Below are positions 9,189-19,023 of a stretch of DNA of 64,000 nt, in pieces; positions within the stretch are counted from its first letter, which is position 1; every line of letters begins with the position of its first letter. The notes under the pieces were generated by a model, which had not been told where the DNA came from, searched no databases, and saw nothing but the letters and a program-made list of their open reading frames with translations. The position numbers were made by a program, and so were the translations under genes. The DNA comes from Desulfuromonadales bacterium. Its GTDB lineage: Bacteria; Desulfobacterota; Desulfuromonadia; Desulfuromonadales; BM103. The stretch is from the NCBI GenBank assembly GCA_030145195.1, contig JAQYVY010000002.1:57285-121284 (forward strand), in the 5' to 3' direction.

Positions 9189-11354
9189 ATGTCTTCCCGC
9201 ACTACCAAGCTCGTTCTGATCGTAGCGATAACGATTCTGATCGTGGCTTTTTTCGCTTTTGACCTGCAGCGTTACCTGACTTTGGGCTACCTGAAAACAC
9301 AACAACTAGCCTTTGCTGATTTCTACACCACCAACCGACTGCTGACTATCGCCCTCTACTTTATTCTCTACATCGTGGTCACTGCGCTCTCTTTACCTGG
9401 GGCTGCAGTCATGACCCTGGCCGGTGGTGCCCTGCTCGGCTTCTGGACCGCCTTGGTGACCGTCTCCTTTGCCAGTTCCATTGGTGCCACCCTCGCCTTT
9501 TTGGCGTCACGGTTTCTGTTGCGCGACTGGGTGCAGAATAAATTTGCCAACAAGCTCAAGACCATCAACGAGGGGATTGAGCGTGAAGGCTCTTTCTATC
9601 TCTTTACCTTAAGACTGGTGCCACTCTTCCCCTTCTTCGCCATCAATCTGGCGATGGGCCTGACTCCGATGCGCACCGTCAGTTACTACTGGGTCAGCCA
9701 AGTAGGGATGCTTGCTGGCACCGCCGTCTACGTCAACGCCGGCACCCAACTCGGCCAGATTGAGAGCGCAGCGGGAATCCTCTCACCCGGCATCCTCCTT
9801 TCCTTCGCCCTGCTTGGCATCTTTCCACTGATTGCCAAACGAGTCATTCTGGAGATTGGGGAACGGATCCTGGATATCTCAAAACGCCGCGAAGCCTTCG
9901 AAGGCTGGGACAAACCTTCAAAATTCGACTACAACATCGTGGTCATCGGTGCCGGCTCCGGCGGGTTGGTTTCCGCTTACATTGCCGCTGCGGTTAAAGC
10001 AAAAGTTGCTTTGATTGAAAAGGATAAGATGGGCGGTGATTGCCTGAACACCGGCTGTGTCCCAAGCAAAGCCTTGATCCGTTCGGCCAAGATGCTTTCG
10101 TACGCTCACAGGGCCAAGGAGTTCGGCTTCGAGAAAGCCGACGTTGAATTTGATTTCGCCACTGTCATGGAACGCGTCCAGAAAATCATCGCGCAGGTCG
10201 AACCGCACGATTCAATCGAACGCTACAGCTCTTTAGGCGTCGAATGTCATACCGGCAGTGCGAACATCACCTCGCCCTGGAGCGTCGAAGTCAACGGCCA
10301 GACCCTGACCACCCGCAACATCGTGATTGCCACCGGTGCTCGACCGCTGGTGCCGCCCATCACCGGGCTTGACCAGATCGACTACCTGACCTCGGACAAT
10401 CTCTGGCAGCTCCGGGAGAACCCCGGCCGGCTCGTAGTGCTCGGCGGCGGCCCGATCGGTTCGGAAATGACCCAGGCCTTTGCCCGACTCGGTGCTGAAG
10501 TCACTCAGGTTGAGATGGCCCCGCGCATCATGGGGCGTGAGGATCCGGAAGTCTCTGCCTGCATCGAGCAGAAATTCGCGGCCGAAGGCATTCGCGTCCT
10601 GACCGGGCATGCGGCCAAAGAGGTGGTTCTGGAAGCTGGGCAAAAAATTCTCTGCTGCGAGGCCAACGGTGAAACGGTCAAGATCCCCTTCGACCAGATT
10701 CTGATCGCGGTTGGCCGACGACCGAATGTCACCGGTTTTGGCCTGGAAGAACTCGGAGTAGAACTCGCAGCAAGCGGAACGGTCGCCGTCGATCCGCTGT
10801 TGCGCACCAACTTTCCCAACATCTTTGCGGTCGGCGATGTCGCTGGCCCTTACCAGTTTACCCACACCGCCTCGCACATGGCCTGGTACGCCGCGGTGAA
10901 CGCCCTGTTTGGCGAATTCAAAGCCTTCAAGGTCGACTACAGCGTGATCCCCTGGGCCACCTTCACCGACCCCGAAGTTGCCCGGGTTGGTCTCTCTGAA
11001 GAGGAAGCTAAAGCCCAGGGCGTCGCTTATGAAATCACCCGTTTCGGCATCGACGATCTCGATCGGGCGATTGCCGATTCCGAAGATCACGGCTGGGTCA
11101 AGGTGCTCACCAAACCGGGCAAAGACAAGATTCTTGGCGTCACTATCGTTGGCAGTCATGCCGGAGATCTGCTCGCCGAATATGTTCTGGCGATGAAGCA
11201 CGGCCTTGGCCTCAACAAAATTCTCGGCACCATCCACACCTATCCGACCATGTCGGAAGCAAACAAGGCCGCGGCCGGAGAGTGGAAAAAGGCTCACGCC
11301 CCCGCGACCTTACTGAAATGGGTCGAGAAGTTTCACAGCTGGCGACGTGGGTGA
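9189..11354 (+). CDS. Fusion protein: TVP38/DedA-type membrane domain plus class-I pyridine nucleotide-disulfide oxidoreductase
   Basis: N-terminal about 230 aa have hydrophobic helices and the RLVPLFPFFAINLAMG motif. Then GAGSGG (FAD), redox-active GGDCLNTGCVPSK, GGGPIGSE (NAD(P)H) and the C-terminal dimerisation motif HTYPTMSE. ATG 9189 has GAAAGG upstream; the track start 9129 is GTG. Confidence 0.8.
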   Translation: MSSRTTKLVLIVAITILIVAFFAFDLQRYLTLGYLKTQQLAFADFYTTNRLLTIALYFILYIVVTALSLPGAAVMTLAGGALLGFWTALVTVSFASSIGATLAFLASRFLLRDWVQNKFANKLKTINEGIEREGSFYLFTLRLVPLFPFFAINLAMGLTPMRTVSYYWVSQVGMLAGTAVYVNAGTQLGQIESAAGILSPGILLSFALLGIFPLIAKRVILEIGERILDISKRREAFEGWDKPSKFDYNIVVIGAGSGGLVSAYIAAAVKAKVALIEKDKMGGDCLNTGCVPSKALIRSAKMLSYAHRAKEFGFEKADVEFDFATVMERVQKIIAQVEPHDSIERYSSLGVECHTGSANITSPWSVEVNGQTLTTRNIVIATGARPLVPPITGLDQIDYLTSDNLWQLRENPGRLVVLGGGPIGSEMTQAFARLGAEVTQVEMAPRIMGREDPEVSACIEQKFAAEGIRVLTGHAAKEVVLEAGQKILCCEANGETVKIPFDQILIAVGRRPNVTGFGLEELGVELAASGTVAVDPLLRTNFPNIFAVGDVAGPYQFTHTASHMAWYAAVNALFGEFKAFKVDYSVIPWATFTDPEVARVGLSEEEAKAQGVAYEITRFGIDDLDRAIADSEDHGWVKVLTKPGKDKILGVTIVGSHAGDLLAEYVLAMKHGLGLNKILGTIHTYPTMSEANKAAAGEWKKAHAPATLLKWVEKFHSWRRG

Positions 11355-11382
11355 GCTTGAGGATGCAACTATACAGCAGACC

Positions 11383-11409
11383 TTAACCACGGAGTCGCGG
11401 ACGCCCACC
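11383..11409. repeat. Degenerate copy of the dispersed repeat family
   Basis: TTAACCACGGAGTCGCGGACGCCCACC shares the TTAAC-CAC-GGAG start with the other copies. Confidence 0.35.
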
Positions 11410-11577
11410 TCACCCAGAGTGAATCGCCCCTGGTCTTGTAGACACTTCTGACTAATAACAAAACAAGCCACCTGCAGTCGTGCAGAGTGGCCTGTAGTAA
11501 TCGTTCAATTGTCCCACTAGATTCTCATCCACCACCAACACAGCACACCAACAGAGCCTAAATCCTTTTCATCACTG

Positions 11578-11988
11578 CTACTTGGTAAAGCCCTTGTCAA
11601 AACTCTTGATCGAGGCAATATCAGCAACCCAGGGCAGCATGTTTTCACAATGGAGATTAACCGCCGGCGTCACGCACTGGGGATCATCAAGAGAGCCAAC
11701 ATACACAATAAGCTTGCCCGGGGCCCGTTTGTGTTGGTTGAAAATCGGCGTTCCACAAGTCCCGCAGAAATGTTTTTTGGCCTTTTGAGAGATGAGATAA
11801 CCAACAAGAGCCCCTTTGCCCTGAGTCAGATGAAGACTCTTTTCATCAATGATGGCAAAAACTTCAAAAGGACCGCCGGTAGCTTTCTTACAGGTGTTGC
11901 AGTGGCAATTTCCGGAAAATTCAAAATCCGTACTGGTCGTGTATTTGACGGCGCCGCACAAGCAAGAACCGGTTGCTTTGATTGTCAT
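11578..11988 (-). CDS. GFA/CENP-V family protein (Zn-binding Cys motifs)
   Basis: 136 aa with GSCLCGAVKY, CHCNTCKK and CGTCGTPIF cysteine motifs typical of the GFA fold. Confidence 0.75.
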   Translation of the reverse strand: MTIKATGSCLCGAVKYTTSTDFEFSGNCHCNTCKKATGGPFEVFAIIDEKSLHLTQGKGALVGYLISQKAKKHFCGTCGTPIFNQHKRAPGKLIVYVGSLDDPQCVTPAVNLHCENMLPWVADIASIKSFDKGFTK

Positions 11989-12004
11989 TCTGTCGATCCT
12001 TTTC

Positions 12005-12289
12005 TTAAGTTTTATACGTTGTAATTACCACATTTGCCGCTTTATCCCGAAGAGAAATCAGCGATTGGTATTTTTCGGAACTGAACCAGTTATTCAATTC
12101 AAGCATATCTGAAAATTCTATGACAACCACAAGATCGTATTGGTGTTGACCAGCAAGCACCTGATCGAGTTGACCCCTGAACACAACTTTGCTGTCAAAG
12201 GGCGCGAGCGAGGCTTGTACTCCTGACACATATTTCTGCCAAAGCGCCTCATCTTTTACTAAGATATGTCCGATAAGGTATGCAGCCAC
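12005..12289 (-). CDS. DUF1330-like small protein
   Basis: 94 aa. The N-terminus AAYLIGHILVKDEALWQKYVSGV fits the DUF1330 pattern. The gene is strikingly AT-rich relative to its neighbours. Confidence 0.65.
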   Translation of the reverse strand: MAAYLIGHILVKDEALWQKYVSGVQASLAPFDSKVVFRGQLDQVLAGQHQYDLVVVIEFSDMLELNNWFSSEKYQSLISLRDKAANVVITTYKT

Positions 12290-12369
12290 TGGTTACTCCT
12301 GAATGTCTACCAGGAACGGGAGGTCCCATTCCACGATCGACCTGGACTCAACGGGCTATATCTATCCAT

Positions 12370-13200
12370 CTAATCACGGCTTGCGATTGCCAGGGCAATG
12401 CCGCCTAAAACCAGACTTGCCGAAACCAGCAACCGCCACGAAATCTCCTCGGCCAGAAGAACAACCCCACCACCTGCCGCCAGTACCGGAACCGCCAACT
12501 GGACCAGAGCCGCACGACTGGCGCTTAGACCGGCCAAAGCCTGATACCAGACAACGTAACCACAACCAGAAGCCAGCGCGCCGGAGAGAACCGCCAAAAC
12601 CGCCCCGCTGAAACTGATGTGCAGCGTGCTCATCCAAATCAGGCTGACAGGAAGCGCCAGCACCGCCGCACGGAAAAAATTCCCGGCTGTCTCGGCCAGG
12701 GGCTCGGCCTTGCTCCGCCCACGCAGGGAATAAATCCCCCAGGCGATTCCGGAAGCAGCCATCATCAGCCCAGCCAGGGGGTCGGGTGCGCTCAGTCCCG
12801 GCCAGAGCAGCCAGACCAGCCCGCTCATGGCCAGAAGAAAACCCACCCAGGCCTGAAACGCCAACCGCTCGCCACGGTACAGCGCCCAGAGCAGCATGGT
12901 CAATTGTACCAGACCAAACAAGATCAGGGCACCGGTTCCGGTATCCAGGCGGAGGTACGCAAACGAAAAGCTGGCGGCATAGATGAATAACATCACCGCT
13001 GAAGGCCAACTGCCGAGCAGGCGATTTTCGCCGCGCTTTTTCAGCAGGAAGAGGACCAGCAGCGCCACCGCGCCAGAGCACAAGCGGAGGGTTGTGAAAC
13101 TGGCCGCATCAATGCTTCCGGTTGCCAGAGCCAGACGGCAGAACACAGAGTTGGCAGCAAAGGCCACCAGCGTCAAACTTGTCAAAAAAAACAGTCTCAT
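12370..13200 (-). CDS. EamA/DMT-family transporter
   Basis: About 10 hydrophobic helices in two EamA-like halves. ATG 13200 (MRLFFLTSLTLVAF) is preferred over the track start 13401, whose extra 67 aa are non-hydrophobic. Confidence 0.75.
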   Translation of the reverse strand: MRLFFLTSLTLVAFAANSVFCRLALATGSIDAASFTTLRLCSGAVALLVLFLLKKRGENRLLGSWPSAVMLFIYAASFSFAYLRLDTGTGALILFGLVQLTMLLWALYRGERLAFQAWVGFLLAMSGLVWLLWPGLSAPDPLAGLMMAASGIAWGIYSLRGRSKAEPLAETAGNFFRAAVLALPVSLIWMSTLHISFSGAVLAVLSGALASGCGYVVWYQALAGLSASRAALVQLAVPVLAAGGGVVLLAEEISWRLLVSASLVLGGIALAIASRD

Positions 13201-13308
13201 CAAAGTTGCGCTCGTTTGCTTGCGGATTAAGTCTTTCGAGCCACGCCACAAAGATAGCATTATGTACCCGACTTCGACAGGCTCTTTTCTGCCAGGAGAA
13301 GCTGAACC

Positions 13309-13346
13309 GTAAAACAAAAGCGGAGGCCTTATGCAGGTCTCCGCTT
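13309..13346 (-). terminator. Rho-independent terminator candidate after ettA
   Basis: 8-bp stem AAGCGGAG/CTCCGCTT (13318-13325 / 13339-13346), followed on the minus strand by TTGTTTTAC. Confidence 0.55.
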
Positions 13347-13449
13347 GGTAAGCCGATGTGTATGTGTTTTTGCTTGGCCTTAAGTTTGGGAGAGTGATCA
13401 TTCAGCACCCATCGCCCAGAACCCGGCACTGCTCCGGTTGTCACCCCTA

Positions 13450-15123
13450 TTATCGCGTCAGGCTCCGATACCGAATCCGGTGCGGCTGATCAGCGTCCTT
13501 GCCGAGGCGTCGCTTGCGATCCTCATCGTACTCCGAATAGTTGCCCTCAAACCAGACCACCTGAGAATCACCTTCGAAGGCGAGGATATGGGTGGCGATA
13601 CGATCCAGAAACCAGCGATCATGACTGATCACTACAGCACAGCCAGCGAAATTCTCGACTGCTTCTTCGAGCGCCCGCAAGGTGTTGACGTCGAGATCGT
13701 TGGTCGGTTCGTCAAGCAGCAGCACGTTCGACTCTTCGCGCATAATCTTGGCCAGGTGCACCCGGTTACGCTCGCCACCAGAGAGCACGCCAACCTTCTT
13801 TTGCTGGTCGCCGCCAGAGAAGTTGAAGCGGGCGACATAGCCACGAGAGTTGACCAGTTTATTGCCGAGCATCATCTGCTCCTGACCACCAGTGATCTCC
13901 TCAAAGATGGTCTTGCTGCCATCGAGCGGACGGTCCTGATCGACATAGGCAAGTTTGACCGTATCACCAGTCTTGAAGCTACCACTGTCAGGCTGTTCCT
14001 GGCCGGTGATCATGCGGAACAGCGTGGTCTTGCCTGCTCCGTTAGGACCGATCACACCGACGATGCCGCCAGGCGGCAGCATGAAGTTGAGGTTCTCGTA
14101 AAGCAACCGGTCGCCGTAGCCCTTGGACACATCTTTCGCTTCAACCACGATACTGCCAAGGCGCGGTCCAGGCGGAATATAAATCTCCATGTTGCTTTCG
14201 CGATCAGCCGCTTGCTGACCAAGCAATTTTTCGTAGGAATTGATGCGGGCCTGGCCCTTGGCGTGGCGCGCTTTGGGGGACATGCGAATCCACTCAAGCT
14301 CACGTTGCAAGGTTTTCTGCCGGTTGCTTTCAGTTTTCTCTTCCTTCCGCAGGCGCTCAGACTTCTGTTCCAGCCAACTCGAATAGTTGCCCTTCCAGGG
14401 AATGCCCTGACCACGGTCGAGTTCGAGAATCCAGCCAGCGACGTTGTCGAGGAAGTAACGATCATGGGTGACGGCGATGATCGTGCCTTCGTAGCGTTGC
14501 AGGTGCTGTTCCAGCCAGCCAACAGTCTCGGCATCGAGGTGGTTAGTCGGCTCGTCAAGCAACAGGATGTCAGGTTTCTGCAGCAACAGACGACAGAGCG
14601 CCACGCGACGTTTTTCGCCGCCGGAGAGGACTTCAACCTTGGCGTCGCCGGGAGGACAGCGCAGAGCATCCATCGCCAGGTCGAGCTTTGAATCAAGCTC
14701 CCAGGCATCGAGAGCGTCGAGCCGTTCCTGCACCACGGCCTGGCGATCACAGAGCTTCTCCATGTCGACATCAGGATCGGCAAACGCAGCGTTGATCTCC
14801 TCGAATTCCTTAAGCAGATCAACCGTTTCCTGAACCCCTTCTTCAACAATCTCCCGCACAGTCTTGGAGCTATCAATCAACGGCTCCTGTTCGAGAAAGC
14901 CGACACTATAGCCGTCGGAGAGAGTGGTCTCACCGTTGTATTCCTTGTCGATCCCGGCCATGATCTTGAGCAGGGTCGATTTACCGGAACCGTTCAAACC
15001 GAGAACCCCGATCTTGGCCCCGTAGTAGTAGGACAGAGAGATGTCCTTGATGATCTTCTGGCTGTTGTAGCTCTTATTGACGCCCATCATCGAGTAGATG
15101 ATTTTTTTGGTATCTTCGCTCAT
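13450..15123 (-). CDS. ettA: Energy-dependent translational throttle ABC-F ATPase EttA
   Basis: 557 aa, near-colinear with remembered E. coli EttA ([82 protein letters not shown]). Confidence 0.95.
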   Translation of the reverse strand: MSEDTKKIIYSMMGVNKSYNSQKIIKDISLSYYYGAKIGVLGLNGSGKSTLLKIMAGIDKEYNGETTLSDGYSVGFLEQEPLIDSSKTVREIVEEGVQETVDLLKEFEEINAAFADPDVDMEKLCDRQAVVQERLDALDAWELDSKLDLAMDALRCPPGDAKVEVLSGGEKRRVALCRLLLQKPDILLLDEPTNHLDAETVGWLEQHLQRYEGTIIAVTHDRYFLDNVAGWILELDRGQGIPWKGNYSSWLEQKSERLRKEEKTESNRQKTLQRELEWIRMSPKARHAKGQARINSYEKLLGQQAADRESNMEIYIPPGPRLGSIVVEAKDVSKGYGDRLLYENLNFMLPPGGIVGVIGPNGAGKTTLFRMITGQEQPDSGSFKTGDTVKLAYVDQDRPLDGSKTIFEEITGGQEQMMLGNKLVNSRGYVARFNFSGGDQQKKVGVLSGGERNRVHLAKIMREESNVLLLDEPTNDLDVNTLRALEEAVENFAGCAVVISHDRWFLDRIATHILAFEGDSQVVWFEGNYSEYDEDRKRRLGKDADQPHRIRYRSLTR

Positions 15124-15300
15124 ATTTATTTCCTGTTTGAAAGATGTACTACAGATGATGGCTTATACACTATATACCGGTCGGGAGCAAGTTTGAGCGC
15201 CGGTTTTACCGGGTTCAGGCCAAACAATTGAGAACGATTTCAACACAACACCGCTGAGAATCCGAACACCATCCAATCATCCTCTCATAGACCCAGACTC

Positions 15301-15332
15301 TTTTCTCTGCGTTCTTTGCGCCTCTGCGTTAA
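15301..15332. repeat. Copy of the dispersed 8-nt-periodic repeat family
   Basis: Reverse complement TTAACGCAGAGGCGCAAAGAACGCAGAGAAAA, roughly 85% identical by eye to 6751-6780. Confidence 0.75.
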
Positions 15333-15432
15333 ACCATCTTTTAATTTCGACTAGTTTGATCGTAATGCAGTTGACACTTTCCTTCCGAACATGTTCAATC
15401 ATCCAATTAAATCAACAAGAGAGGCAACAGCC

Positions 15433-16722
15433 ATGAGTTTTTTAAAGAAGATGTTCGGCAAGAAAGACCCCATCGATGAGATGCGCGAGCTCCACGCCCG
15501 TAAAGACTGGGTGAGCTTGTTGAACGTCATTAAAAGAGTGGACCAAACAGCTCTTGACGCTGAGCTGCAGGCGGAGGTGACCGCCTGGAAGAATGCCGCC
15601 AGCGACGCCCTGGCAACCACCAACCTGGAAGAAGGCCTCTGGGCACATAAGTCAGGCAATCTGTTACGCGCCCGAGAAGACTTTCAACTGGCGATCGAAC
15701 AAGCCCACACCGAGTCACTGCGCGAAGCGGCGCAACAGGCCTTAGCGACATTGGAAGAGGGCGGAGCCCTTGCTGAAGAGGACGCAAGCGAAGACGGACC
15801 GGCCCTGCATGCCGGTTGCAACACCGGCTGCGGCCCAAGTTGCGGTCCAACCGATGCATCAGACGTTGCCGATGACGACATAGGATTAGATGAAGAAGCT
15901 CGCATGGAATTGCTGCTGGCAACCCTGCCCCCCGATTTGGCGCAACGCTACGCCGAGGCTGGCACAGAGTTCAAACAGGCCTGGCTGGCCTCTCAGGATG
16001 GGGAAGATCAGCTGGCGCAGGAGCACCTGGCCAAAGTTCCGGAATCGGAGCGTAACGCCCTGTTCCTTTTCGAACGTGGAGCATTAAAGGCCCGCAGCGG
16101 GCAACCGGCCAAGGCCGCTGACGATTTGCGAGCAGCCCTGACCGCAGAACCAGGCCTCTTTCCGGCCTTCGACACTCTGGTCGGAGTCATGGCAGCAACG
16201 GGTCAACGTGAAAAGCTGGCACTGCTCCTCAAACAGAACATTGCGGCCGAGCAATTCACCGGTTACTGCTGGGCCCGTCTGGCCGAACTGCATGCGCAAC
16301 GCGGCGAAGCAGAACCGGCCCTGGCGGCAGGCCTTAAGTCTTTGGAGGAAGGTTTGGTCGATCCCGGCATCCTGACTATGTGCGCCCAGCTGCTGGAAAG
16401 AAGCGAACGCTTTGACGAAGCTGAAGCCTTGTTGATGCAAATGCCTGGTGGCGGTTGCGGTGGCGGTGCCCATCCCATGCTCGCCGAGTTCTGGGTGCGC
16501 CGCGGTCAGAAGCTTGGCAGTGCACTGGAATCGTTCAAAGGGGCCATGAGACAAGAAAGGGATAACCCGCGCTGGTTGCTGCGGATCGCACAAGTTTACC
16601 TGGCAAAAGGATGGAAGAAAGAAGCCACAGAACAAATTGAGCAGCTGATGCAACAAGGCGGCCTGCCCGAAGAGATTCTTGCTGAAGTCAAGATTGCGGC
16701 AGAGGCCTGCCGCAACGATTAG
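15433..16722 (+). CDS. TPR-repeat-like protein
   Basis: Ala/Leu-rich helical repeats throughout. ATG 15433 (MSFLKKMFGKK) has GAGAGG upstream. No enzymatic motif recognised. Confidence 0.5.
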   Translation: MSFLKKMFGKKDPIDEMRELHARKDWVSLLNVIKRVDQTALDAELQAEVTAWKNAASDALATTNLEEGLWAHKSGNLLRAREDFQLAIEQAHTESLREAAQQALATLEEGGALAEEDASEDGPALHAGCNTGCGPSCGPTDASDVADDDIGLDEEARMELLLATLPPDLAQRYAEAGTEFKQAWLASQDGEDQLAQEHLAKVPESERNALFLFERGALKARSGQPAKAADDLRAALTAEPGLFPAFDTLVGVMAATGQREKLALLLKQNIAAEQFTGYCWARLAELHAQRGEAEPALAAGLKSLEEGLVDPGILTMCAQLLERSERFDEAEALLMQMPGGGCGGGAHPMLAEFWVRRGQKLGSALESFKGAMRQERDNPRWLLRIAQVYLAKGWKKEATEQIEQLMQQGGLPEEILAEVKIAAEACRND

Positions 16723-16744
16723 TCGTCTCCCCCCTGAAAAATGG

Positions 16745-16778
16745 ACAAAAAAATGCCCCCCATCACTCGATGGGGGGC
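16745..16778 (-). terminator. Strong rho-independent terminator (minus-strand orientation)
   Basis: Perfect 10-bp stem GCCCCCCATC/GATGGGGGGC (16755-16764 / 16769-16778), 4-nt loop. A T-run (ATTTTTTTGT) follows on the minus strand only. Confidence 0.6.
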
Positions 16779-16999
16779 CCCCTAAGATTAGATCACAAAC
16801 CCTCGCTATGAAAACTTATCGTAAAGCCTGCAAACACAAACGTTTTTTTTGTGATTGTACACACCACATCTCAAAAACATCTCACAAAAACTAACATTTC
16901 GCAAAAAAAACCATGAGACTTACAATATTCTCATCCAAAGCGGGGTTTCACTGGTTCCATAAAGTCGGAGAAAAGAAGAGGAAGCGATCTTGAGACAGC

Positions 17000-18205
17000 C
17001 TACCCTTTCAACCAGCCTTTTTCCGGTATTTTCTGCGGGAAAGTTCCCAGCACATCACTAATATCTTCTGTGGAATATTTTTCCCGTTCCAGAATTTCGC
17101 AATACTGCCTCAGCACCTGACTGGCTTGTCCAGGATGACCCTGAGCCAAACACAACTGGTAGAGCAACCGAATGAGCTCATCATTAGACGGGCCATAACG
17201 CTGAGCATGACGCAAGACCTTGACCGCCTCTTGGTAACGACCGTTCTCAGCGAGAACCCGAGCAAAGGTCTGACTGGCCTCAAGGTAAAGCTGTTCCAAC
17301 TCGTCCTGAAAAAAGATGGGGGCGTCACTGCCGAAATCAGCAGGTATAAAGGTTCCGTGCCAGAAACTGAAAGCCGAAGAAAAAGAAATTTCCGCGGGCC
17401 AGAGATCACCAGTGGCAACCTGCTGCGTGCCCTTACGAACGAATCGAATGAATTCGTGGGCATCGACGCGACAGTTTTCCAAGCAGAGGTAACCACGCTT
17501 GACCAACAGGTATTTTTTGCTATCGAAAGGCTCTAATAACTGATCAAGAGTCCGGCGCACCCGCGACATCAAGGAATCGAAGCTTGAGCGTGCCCGGGAA
17601 CTTGAACTATCGGGCCACAGCGCAACTTGAATTTCCTCCTGATGGACTTTTCCGGAAGGGGATCCGACCAGCATGGCCATCAACTGCCGTTGTGCCGGGC
17701 TAAAATCCTCCGCCCACGAAAAACGGCGGGCACCATTCGTGATTTCACAGCGCCCGAGAGTCTTAATAATAAGCGGCTCGACGGTCTGTTTTTCGGCAGA
17801 AGATTCAGGCGTGTCGACAGCATCCAGGGAATTGCCACGACGCAATAAGGCTTTGACTCTGGCGGTAAGGAGTTTGGGCGAGAAAGGTTTGGTCATGTAG
17901 TCATCGGCGCCAACTTCGAGCCCGGCGACGATATCATCTTCTTCCGCCTTACCGGTCAGCATCAGAATTGGAATTTTTCCCATCCACAGGTCACGGCGCA
18001 TGGTTCGACAGACATCAAGACCATTCATCCCCGGCAGGGTAAGATCAAGGACCAGCGCATCCGGCGGATCTTCCTCAATCAATTGCAAACCCGCTTCACC
18101 GGTCGGGGCAACCGACACTCGATAATTTGCCTTACTCAGGCAGGAGAAGAGCAGTTCACTAACACTGACATCATCTTCAACAATCAAAAGGTGCGGACGA
18201 TCCAT
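17000..18205 (-). CDS. Response regulator with receiver, winged-helix and BTAD (SARP-like) domains
   Basis: Receiver: LLIVEDD .. DALVLDLTLPGMNG .. MLTGK. Middle OmpR/SARP-type wHTH segment. C-terminal BTAD/TPR-like helices (YQEAVKVLRHAQRY..LIRLLYQLCLAQG). ATG 18205 is preferred to track start 18313. Confidence 0.8.
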   Translation of the reverse strand: MDRPHLLIVEDDVSVSELLFSCLSKANYRVSVAPTGEAGLQLIEEDPPDALVLDLTLPGMNGLDVCRTMRRDLWMGKIPILMLTGKAEEDDIVAGLEVGADDYMTKPFSPKLLTARVKALLRRGNSLDAVDTPESSAEKQTVEPLIIKTLGRCEITNGARRFSWAEDFSPAQRQLMAMLVGSPSGKVHQEEIQVALWPDSSSSRARSSFDSLMSRVRRTLDQLLEPFDSKKYLLVKRGYLCLENCRVDAHEFIRFVRKGTQQVATGDLWPAEISFSSAFSFWHGTFIPADFGSDAPIFFQDELEQLYLEASQTFARVLAENGRYQEAVKVLRHAQRYGPSNDELIRLLYQLCLAQGHPGQASQVLRQYCEILEREKYSTEDISDVLGTFPQKIPEKGWLKG

Positions 18206-18228
18206 GTTAAACCTTTCGAACAAAAAAG

Positions 18229-19023
18229 TTAACGCAACAGAACAAAACCCATCTGGCGACCAGTCCGACCTTGATCCCGGCGATAAGAGAAAAAAGTTTC
18301 CTTGTGACAACAAGTACAGTCCTCAACCATCTCAATCCGCTGACGATGCACACCGGCAGCGTCCAACTGCAGCAGACAACTTTGCCGTAGATCAACTTGC
18401 CAATGGCCAAGACTGACCTCTTGAGAGATCCGCTCCCACTGCCCGACACCCTGACGAAAAGCATCTCGAACCGGACGATCGACTTCATAATTATGGGCAC
18501 CGATACCAGGCCCGATGGCGGCACAAAGATTGTCGGGCTGACAACCAAACATTTCCTGCATGGCATTAACCGTGCGACCCAGCAATCCCGTCGCAGTCCC
18601 ACGCCAACCGAGGTGAACCACCGCCGCTACGCCACAGGTCTTGTCGAAGAGGATGACCGGAAAACAATCAGCGACCAGAATACCGATCATGATATTCCGA
18701 CGATTCGTGATAATCGCATCGCTGTCAACCCGTAGAAAGTGTGAGACTTCGGGATTGGGCTGATCGATCACCAGAATTTCGCTGCCATGCACCTGATTAA
18801 CCGTCAGCAACAGGTGTGGCTCCAGATCGAAGGCCCGCGCAAAAGCCGCGCGGTTGGACTCGACCTGCGTTTCATTATCACCAGAATTGAAACCAAGGTT
18901 CAATGAATTGAACGGCGGCCGGCTACTGCCGCCATTACGGGTGGTAAAGCCAGCGACCATAACCTCAGAATCAACCCACGAGGGTTGCAAATAGCTGATT
19001 TTTCCTTGCTTGACTGTTTTCAT
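18229..19023 (-). CDS. pgeF: YfiH/PgeF (DUF152, laccase-domain) family protein
   Basis: QVHGSEILVID, LVADCFPVILFD, VHLGWRG and CTCCHKETFFSYRRD motifs. Classical position next to rluD. Confidence 0.85.
   Translation of the reverse strand: MKTVKQGKISYLQPSWVDSEVMVAGFTTRNGGSSRPPFNSLNLGFNSGDNETQVESNRAAFARAFDLEPHLLLTVNQVHGSEILVIDQPNPEVSHFLRVDSDAIITNRRNIMIGILVADCFPVILFDKTCGVAAVVHLGWRGTATGLLGRTVNAMQEMFGCQPDNLCAAIGPGIGAHNYEVDRPVRDAFRQGVGQWERISQEVSLGHWQVDLRQSCLLQLDAAGVHRQRIEMVEDCTCCHKETFFSYRRDQGRTGRQMGFVLLR

Noticed and set aside
10233-11297. 354-aa minus-strand ORF
   Set aside because: It is antisense to the flavoprotein reductase domain, which has all its FAD, NAD and redox-Cys motifs on the plus strand. 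Shadow ORF.
12374-13081. 235-aa minus-strand ORF in an alternative frame of the EamA gene
   Set aside because: The product is Gly/Arg/Pro-rich and not hydrophobic. The overlapping frame at 12370-13200 gives a coherent 10-helix transporter.
13438-14691. 417-aa plus-strand ORF
   Set aside because: It lies entirely antisense to ettA, whose minus-strand product is colinear with a well-known ABC-F protein. The antisense product is low-complexity (Arg/Ala/Leu-rich) with no motif. This is the typical long shadow ORF of GC-rich DNA.
16679-16894. 71-aa plus-strand ORF with a Cys/His-rich end (CKHKRFFCDCTHH)
   Set aside because: It starts inside the TPR gene in another frame and runs through the terminator hairpin and an AT-rich tract. 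There is no SD before the internal ATG at 16808.
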